Assembly: GCF_000829315.1 (NCBI RefSeq)
Contig: NZ_AP013028.1
Coordinates: 1,200,001 to 1,232,000, forward strand
Length of the DNA stretch: 32,000 bases
DNA from: Wolbachia endosymbiont of Cimex lectularius
Lineage (GTDB): Bacteria; Pseudomonadota; Alphaproteobacteria; Rickettsiales; Anaplasmataceae
Direction: 5' to 3'
Shown: in pieces, positions 26,504 to 32,000 of the stretch
Position numbering within the stretch: the first letter of the stretch is position 1
How the letters are laid out: each line of letters begins with the position of its first letter
Notes under the pieces: model-generated
The model's database searches: none
Seen by the model: only the letters and a program-made list of their open reading frames with translations
Told to the model about the DNA's origin: nothing
Program-made: the position numbers and the translations under genes

Positions 26504-29155
26504 TTAACTGTTTAGTTCTTTCACATCTGCTACTTTGTTGCAGATAACAGTAATGATATGATTTGTTTTATCGCTATCACAGCCCATTTGAGCAAGTTCA
26601 GCGTTTCCACCGCAACCTCTTCCGGTTACAGTAGATACCAGCTCTTTTGCGCTGATCTTATCAGTTAAGTCTTTGCTTACTTTGATAATCAGCACTGTTT
26701 TGTTTTTTTCCGTTGCTGTGAAAGCTATTACAGTTTTTGGTCTTTGTTGCTGCAGAACAAATTTCCTTATTATACTTGCTGGAATGTCAGTGAAAACGTG
26801 GCTTACGAAATTCATTCCATTTATTTCAGTGCTTTTTGTGTTCTCTGTGCTTACGAGTTTTTTATAAAGGTTTTTTATTTTAGCTTCGGATTCCTTACGC
26901 TCTTGGATTAAAATACTGAGTCGGCTTATTATTTCGTTTACTGGCGCTTTTACGGATTCTGCGACTTTTTTCAAGTTGATTTCATTATCACGGACATAAT
27001 TAATTGCTTCTTGACCGGTCAAAGCTTCGATCCTTCTTACTCCAGATGCAATAGAACATTCTGTTACTATCTTAAACAAGCCAATTTCTCCAGCGCGCTC
27101 CACGTGTGTGCCACCACACAACTCCTTTGAATCTCCAATGCTTACCACTCTTACTTGATCGCCATACTTTTCGCCGAACAATGCCATAGCTCCTTCGTCT
27201 ATTGCCTGATTCATGCTCTGAATTTTTGTAGACGTGGAAAGATTTTCTCTGATTAGAGAGTTTACCATATCTTCTATTGCAAACAGTTGATCCTGAGTAA
27301 CTTGAGTGTTGTGGCTGAAGTCAAATCTCAGTCTATCTGGTGCAACTAAGGAACCTTTTTGAGTAACGTGATCACCCAAGATTTTTCTCAATGCAAAGTG
27401 CAGAAGATGTGTAGCTGAATGGTTTCTTCTTAGGTCTTGCCTTCTCTCCTTATCAATAGTTGCTGTAACTGTGTCACCTTTACAAATTGAGCCAGATTTA
27501 ACCACGCACCTGTGCAAATACAGGTCGTTAATCTTATTGGTGTTTTCCACTGTGATTACACCTAGGTCTGGTGTCATTCCAGTGCGTGGCGCTGGCTGGA
27601 TCCCAGTGTCAGCTACTTGGATAACAGAAGAGATAATGAAACTTCCGGTTTCCCCCGCCTGTCCACCTGATTCGCCATAAAAAGGTGTTTTATCAAGTAT
27701 AATGGTTACCTTCTCTCCTTCTTTTGTAGAATCAATAACTTCATTTTTAGGAGAAATTATGGCTATCACTTTTGCATCCTTTACCTCACTAAACTCATAA
27801 CCGACAAATTCTGTTTTGCCAAATTCATCGATCAAATCGAACCATATTTGCTCAACAGACTTTTCACCAGATCCAGCCCATTTAGCACGTGCTCTCTCTT
27901 TCTGCTCTTTCATTGCGTTATTAAAACCTTTTTGGTCAAAATTTATTTTCCTCTCTTTTAAAATATCAAGAGTGATATCCAGAGGAAACCCATAAGTGTC
28001 ATATAGCTTAAACGCCGATTCTCCTGGCAGAGTATCGCCTGGTTTTAAATCTGCAGTAAATTTTTCCAAAAGACTAATGCCTTTCATCAAAGTATCTTTA
28101 AAGTTCTCTTCCTCTGATTTTAACGTTGTCTCTATTGAGTTTTTAGCTCTAATTAGTTCAGGATAAACATCCCCCATATAAGCTGAGCTTGAGCTATCTA
28201 TCAGCACTGGAAAAATGCGATGGAGTAGAGAGTCATTATATCCAAGCAGGTGGATATAACGTGCAACTCTCCTGATTAATCTGCGCAGTACGTAATTTCT
28301 GCCTTCGTTTCCAGGAAGTACCCCTTCTGCAATGAGAAATATGGCTGCACGAAGATGGTCCGCGATGATTTTATGAGCTACTTTATTTTCTGTATTTCCA
28401 CAGAGCTCTTGCGACTTATTTATCAGAGCAGAAAATAGATCAATATCATAGTTATCATGAACGTTTTGCATGACAGCTGCTATTCTCTCAAGGCCCATTC
28501 CAGTATCGATGCATTTTTTTGGTAATTTTTGTAAATTACCCTCTTCATCTTTATTAAATTCCATGAATACTAGATTCCAAATTTCAACAACTCTATTGTC
28601 GTCTTGTAAGTTAGGTTTTGCATGGTCATAAAAAATTTCAGAACATGGACCACATGGACCAGTATTGCCCATGCTCCAAAAGTTGTCATCTGTTGCAATT
28701 CTGATGATTTTATCATCAGAAAAACCACTTACCTTGCGCCAAATCTCGTATGACTCATCATCAGTGTGATAGACAGTTATGGATAATCTATTTTTGTCAA
28801 GAGACAATTCTTCAGTAATGAATTTCCACGCAAGTTCTATCGCAGTTTCTTTAAAGTAATCACCGAAACTAAAATTTCCGAGCATTTCAAAAAATGTATG
28901 ATGCCGAGTTGTATAGCCAACATTTTCAAGATCGTTGTGCTTGCCACCCGCTCTTAGACACTTTTGACTTGAGACAGCGCGTTTCATCTCAGTTTTTTGT
29001 AAACCGGTGAAGATGTTTTTAAACTGCACCATACCAGCATTTGTAAACATGAGTGTTGGGTCATGCTCTGGGATCAAAGGAGAAGAAGAAACCTGCTCAT
29101 GGTTGTTACTTATAAAAAACTTTATAAATCTTTCTCTAATTTCGTTTAGCTTCAT
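26504..29155 (-). CDS. alaS: alanine--tRNA ligase, carrying one palindromic-repeat insertion
   Basis: Class II AlaRS N-terminus ([10 protein letters not shown]). Editing-domain motifs HSATHLLH and CGGTH. 883 aa. Confidence 0.95.
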   Translation of the reverse strand: MKLNEIRERFIKFFISNNHEQVSSSPLIPEHDPTLMFTNAGMVQFKNIFTGLQKTEMKRAVSSQKCLRAGGKHNDLENVGYTTRHHTFFEMLGNFSFGDYFKETAIELAWKFITEELSLDKNRLSITVYHTDDESYEIWRKVSGFSDDKIIRIATDDNFWSMGNTGPCGPCSEIFYDHAKPNLQDDNRVVEIWNLVFMEFNKDEEGNLQKLPKKCIDTGMGLERIAAVMQNVHDNYDIDLFSALINKSQELCGNTENKVAHKIIADHLRAAIFLIAEGVLPGNEGRNYVLRRLIRRVARYIHLLGYNDSLLHRIFPVLIDSSSSAYMGDVYPELIRAKNSIETTLKSEEENFKDTLMKGISLLEKFTADLKPGDTLPGESAFKLYDTYGFPLDITLDILKERKINFDQKGFNNAMKEQKERARAKWAGSGEKSVEQIWFDLIDEFGKTEFVGYEFSEVKDAKVIAIISPKNEVIDSTKEGEKVTIILDKTPFYGESGGQAGETGSFIISSVIQVADTGIQPAPRTGMTPDLGVITVENTNKINDLYLHRCVVKSGSICKGDTVTATIDKERRQDLRRNHSATHLLHFALRKILGDHVTQKGSLVAPDRLRFDFSHNTQVTQDQLFAIEDMVNSLIRENLSTSTKIQSMNQAIDEGAMALFGEKYGDQVRVVSIGDSKELCGGTHVERAGEIGLFKIVTECSIASGVRRIEALTGQEAINYVRDNEINLKKVAESVKAPVNEIISRLSILIQERKESEAKIKNLYKKLVSTENTKSTEINGMNFVSHVFTDIPASIIRKFVLQQQRPKTVIAFTATEKNKTVLIIKVSKDLTDKISAKELVSTVTGRGCGGNAELAQMGCDSDKTNHIITVICNKVADVKELNS
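27561..27627. repeat. palindromic repeat element inserted in frame in alaS
   Basis: cctaggtctggtgtcattccagtgcgtggcgctggctggatcccagtgtcagctacttggataacag. It shares ggtgtcattccagtgcgtg.cgctgg and ggatcccagtgtca with ileS insertion 1. Translated on the minus strand as [23 protein letters not shown]. Confidence 0.75.
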
Positions 29156-29347
29156 CGTTTTTATTGAGATTATCTATGCATAATAAGTTGTAATGAGAGT
29201 AAAATCAATTCATCGATCTAAATATTAATATATAAATTATTTAGTATAATAAAAGTAATACTTACATAAAAATTTTAATAAAAAGACATAGACTGAAACT
29301 TTCGATTTGCTAGTATAGTGAATATTAATAAATTTAGGAGTAGATGT

Positions 29348-30397
29348 ATGACAAAAAGATCAAAAAACGCCTCGCGAAGGGAAGAAATGACACCGTTTGA
29401 GGGAAGGGAAACAGTTACTATTTTTTCTAGCTTGGAAGACATAGAAAAAGGAAGAAAAATATACTTTTCATTAAAAGGAGAGGGTTTAACAATTGATGCT
29501 TTTAGTATATCTGACAATTCATACAGGTTACACTTTGTTGTTGGGATGACAAAAAAGATTCCCACTCCTGAAGGGCATTGTAGATTGATGATTAATAATA
29601 TTATTTCAGATCTGAAGAGTGGGAGAATAAAAAGCAAAACAGAGTATGATTTCAGAAAATTCGACGAAAGATATCTAAAAGATCTAAAAGGACTTTTAAG
29701 TCAAAAGACTACGACAACTAGTTTACAGGAAGAATCTACTACTGAAGAAGTTGAGCATGAGACGCAGGCTACTGGGGTTACTGATAGTACAACAACAGAA
29801 TTATTTAATTCTAGCCAATCGGAAAGACCTACTACTGAAAAAGTTGAATATGAGGCGCAAGAAGATAGCGAATATTTCGCTGTAGAACCAGCTCCTTTAA
29901 AACAACAAAAACTTGATCTTGCACCAGATGAAACAACTGAAGAGATCAAACACGTAATGGAAGAAATAAAAAGGTCGAATGCTAGTCATGGAATTACAAC
30001 TGAAAGTATAGAATATGCTAGGGATATGACAAGAAAAGATGTTGCTTTTTCCTTTAGTAAAGTCACGTCAAGAAACGTACCAGCATTTTCTGAGTTGAGT
30101 AGTACAAATGCGACATTACCTCAATTGTCAAACGAATCAGGGATTGCCGGCACAACAGTAGCAGGATTATCAACATTGAGTGCTTATATTATAGCACCAG
30201 TATTATTAGTAGCTGCTGTTACTGTGGGTGGATGCTGGTTTTTGCGTAAACAGAAGAAAGAAGATAGTTACGATGTTGAAAAAGCTGGTGTAGAAAATGA
30301 AGTAGAAGCTCCATTCTCTGAAGAGCAAAATTCTCTGCTTGATGAAGTAAACATTGAGCCAGGAACATATCGATCTTTCCGACTTGATGATATTTAA
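29348..30397 (+). CDS. orphan single-pass membrane protein with acidic Ser/Thr/Glu-rich repeat region and a C-terminal-proximal TM helix
   Basis: AGGAG at 29336-29340 lies 7 nt before ATG 29348; the track starts at GTG 29318. TM helix AGLSTLSAYIIAPVLLVAAVTVGGCWFL followed by RKQKK. Internal DNA/protein repeat at 29727-29773 and 29820-29866 (TTEEVEHETQA / TTEKVEYEAQE). Confidence 0.6.
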   Translation: MTKRSKNASRREEMTPFEGRETVTIFSSLEDIEKGRKIYFSLKGEGLTIDAFSISDNSYRLHFVVGMTKKIPTPEGHCRLMINNIISDLKSGRIKSKTEYDFRKFDERYLKDLKGLLSQKTTTTSLQEESTTEEVEHETQATGVTDSTTTELFNSSQSERPTTEKVEYEAQEDSEYFAVEPAPLKQQKLDLAPDETTEEIKHVMEEIKRSNASHGITTESIEYARDMTRKDVAFSFSKVTSRNVPAFSELSSTNATLPQLSNESGIAGTTVAGLSTLSAYIIAPVLLVAAVTVGGCWFLRKQKKEDSYDVEKAGVENEVEAPFSEEQNSLLDEVNIEPGTYRSFRLDDI

Positions 30398-30630
30398 TCA
30401 GTATGTAAAAGCCGCCATACTAAACTCTATTTATAAATTTTATAGGGTAGGAACGGAGGAAGGATGGTGGCTTAGATTACGATATGGAATTACTTAAGAG
30501 CACTCGTGAAAGTATGCGTATCAAGTAGTGATAAATGGTTTAAACATAAACTGAGTAATTTGCTCCTAAAGGCTTTTAGATTAGATCTCTTGCATAACCT
30601 AAACTAAGCAGAGAAAAAGCAAAGATTGTT

Positions 30631-30712
30631 AGGGTGTCATCCAAGTACCGAAATCCAAGAAAAAGGACGGTGTCATCCCAGCGCCTCCTTTCTTGTCATT
30701 CCAGTGCTTGAC
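30631..30712. repeat. degenerate array of palindromic-repeat half-sites ending in the left half of a split hairpin
   Basis: gtgtcatccaag..., gtgtcatcccagcg..., tgtcattccagtgcttgac. Same family as 20107-20183. Confidence 0.6.
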
Positions 30713-30943
30713 ACACAGCTGTACGAACATTGCAATTAGCAGGTAATTTGCGTAACAGATGGTGTTATCCCAGTGCTCCGACACTGGGATCTAGCCTTTC
30801 CATAATCATCAAAAACGTCGTATTTTAACATAAAACAGCTACTTTTATACTCACCAACTTAATAAAATTCCTGGATGCCAGTGTCAGCTACTTGCATGAC
30901 ACCCTAGTGGTAGGCTCAAATCACAATGTTCGTACAGTTGTGT
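30713..30943. mobile_element. 231-bp MITE-like non-autonomous element inserted in the loop of a palindromic-repeat hairpin
   Basis: Terminal inverted repeats acacagctgtacgaacattgcaatt (30713-30737) and aatcacaatgttcgtacagttgtgt (30919-30943) match at 22 of 25 positions. Direct repeats gcttgac at 30706-30712 and 30944-30950. No ORF inside. Confidence 0.65.
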
Positions 30944-30959
30944 GCTTGACACTGGAATC

Positions 30960-31085
30960 TAGGATACTACTTTAGTTATAAATATTTAAGGAATTTACCA
31001 AGCGAAAAAAAAGCAAAAGAAGCCCTGGTCAATATCTATTTTAATAACTTGGCGTTAATGTTCTATACGTTTGACAAGTAGCTGA
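30960..31085. repeat. A-type intergenic repeat unit, copy 3
   Basis: aggatactactttagttataaatatttaaggaatttaccaagcgaaaaaaaagcaaaagaagccc matches 17370-17435 almost base for base. Confidence 0.7.
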
Positions 31086-31112
31086 CCTTGGGGTTGTAAA
31101 TACCCATAATTT

Positions 31113-31141
31113 ATGATAAGGGAAACGTCAAAACTTGTCAA
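31113..31141 (-). promoter_or_regulatory. near-consensus sigma-70 promoter on an isolated B-repeat end fragment
   Basis: On the minus strand: TTGACA (31141-31136), 17-nt spacer, TATCAT (31118-31113). Confidence 0.4.
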
Positions 31142-31189
31142 GCAATTTTTTTGTGAAAAAAATGAGATTGGTTAAATTTTTAACTAATT

Positions 31190-31471
31190 TTAAAAAAAGA
31201 CAAAAAAAACCCTGCAACGTGAGTTGTTTACTGTTCTCTCAAAAACTTGGCGTCCGGTTCTCTCTTACACCGCTTAATAAGCGAGGTCCAGCTAATGTAG
31301 ACAAAAAATTATAAAGACATGCAGTGTCCATGCTGCAAAAATAAAACATAACACGCCTTGTTTTATACTGTGCTTTTGTCACTTAATACAAGATTAAAGA
31401 TAAATTTTAGGCCTAAAACACCCACAATTCTATTGCAAGGGGACTGGCGCAGGTTGTCAAGTAGTTTTTTT
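31190..31471 (-). repeat. divergent A-type unit plus B-type repeat, copy 3
   Basis: cttggcgt...cgcttaataagcg...aaagacatgcagtgtccatgctgcaaaaataaaaca...ttgtcaagtagttttttt parallels 17630-17849. Confidence 0.6.
31432..31460 (-). promoter_or_regulatory. sigma-70-like promoter inside B-type repeat copy 3
   Basis: On the minus strand: TTGACA (31460-31455), 17-nt spacer, TGCAAT (31437-31432). It points away from dnaE. Confidence 0.35.
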
Positions 31472-31551
31472 ATGTCGGAACTCTTGAACAAGTTTTTGTT
31501 CCTCATGAGTAAATTAATGCTATTCTTTTATTACTGGTCTGAAGTTTTTTT

Positions 31552-32000
31552 ATGTTCATACACTTGCGTGTTCACAGTGTTTATTCACTGCTTGAGAGTT
31601 CGGTCAAAATTGAGGAGCTGAGTAGCCTTTGTTTGCGGAATAAAATGCCAGCAGTTGCGATAACTGATTCAGGTAACTTATTTGGCTCACTCGAGTTTGC
31701 AGAATATGCGGCAAGTAGAGGAATACAGCTAATAATAGGATGCAATATTATAGTTCGACGCTCAGAGCAAAATCTACCCATATTATTGCTTGCAAAAAAC
31801 GAGCGAGGGTACGCTAATTTGGTCACTTTGGTGAGTGAGTCCTTTAGAAAGCGCGAAAATAGCAACGATATTCCTTACGTTGATTTTAATGAGCTATTAA
31901 GTTTAAGTTCAGGCCTAATCGCCTTAACCGGTGGATATGACGGCATATTGGCTCAACTGTTGTTGAAGCAAGATAAAGAAACGATAAAAAGACTACTCTT
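31552..32000 (+). CDS. dnaE: DNA polymerase III alpha subunit, N-terminal PHP domain (partial, continues beyond window)
   Basis: ATG 31552. MFIHLRVHSVYSLLESSVKIEELSSLCLRNKMPAVAITDSGNLFGSLEFAEYAASRGIQLIIGCNI... is the classic DnaE N-terminus. The frame is open to position 32000. It is absent from the ORF track because there is no stop inside the window. Confidence 0.9.
   Translation, partial: MFIHLRVHSVYSLLESSVKIEELSSLCLRNKMPAVAITDSGNLFGSLEFAEYAASRGIQLIIGCNIIVRRSEQNLPILLLAKNERGYANLVTLVSESFRKRENSNDIPYVDFNELLSLSSGLIALTGGYDGILAQLLLKQDKETIKRLL

Noticed and set aside
30903-30925. ggtaggctcaaatcac resembling a tRNA T-arm
   Set aside because: No acceptor stem, D-arm or anticodon arm can be built around it. 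It lies inside the MITE-like element.
3429-31000. Recurrent short palindromes as a possible CRISPR array
   Set aside because: The copies are scattered over 27 kb, are not regularly spaced with unique spacers, vary in sequence, and several are inside coding regions.
31072-31100. Plus-strand TTGACA at 31072-31077 within tttgacaagtagctgacc
   Set aside because: It arises from the near-palindromic core cttg(t/a)caag of the repeat family. No acceptable -10 element lies at 16-19 nt.
31358-31865. Track ORFs 31358-31621 (+) and 31581-31865 (-)
   Set aside because: The first spans repeat sequence and an out-of-frame reading of the dnaE start. The second is antisense to the unmistakable DnaE N-terminus (MFIHLRVHSVYSLLE…, ATG 31552).

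Overview
This is an AT-rich window that reads like a Wolbachia (Rickettsiales) genome. That call rests on ankyrin-repeat genes, three copies of an ISWpi1-like IS5-family element, short cccagtg-N5-cactggg palindromic repeats within and between genes, and Rickettsiales-type housekeeping genes. It is an inference from pattern recognition, not a database hit. Housekeeping backbone: mreB with a degenerate M32 carboxypeptidase homologue, pal, tilS-ftsH, secA, nrdB, bamE, miaB, ileS, alaS and the 5' end of dnaE (missed by the ORF track because it runs off the window). Accessory and decaying material lies between these genes. (1) The main finding is a minus-strand gene at 7860-10919. Repaired by eye, it encodes a Cap4-like PD-(D/E)xK nuclease module fused to an NB-ARC/STAND NTPase, the architecture of Avs/NLR-like antiviral sensors. 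It is broken by a nonsense codon, two frameshifts and two IS insertions, and it lacks its C-terminal sensor repeats. (2) There are three near-identical 859-861 bp IS copies plus a 200-bp fragment, each copy with its own lesions, and one junction that looks like an IS-mediated adjacent deletion. (3) Palindromic repeat elements are inserted in frame in ileS (twice) and alaS (once). (4) A 231-bp MITE-like element with 25-bp terminal inverted repeats and a 7-bp duplication sits in the loop of one such palindrome. (5) A roughly 200-bp intergenic repeat family carries TTGACA-N17-TATAAT-type promoters, with four promoter copies. (6) Also present are a frameshifted ankyrin protein with a membrane anchor, paralogous membrane proteins, and two orphan effector-like genes. 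I found no rRNA, tRNA or CRISPR array.
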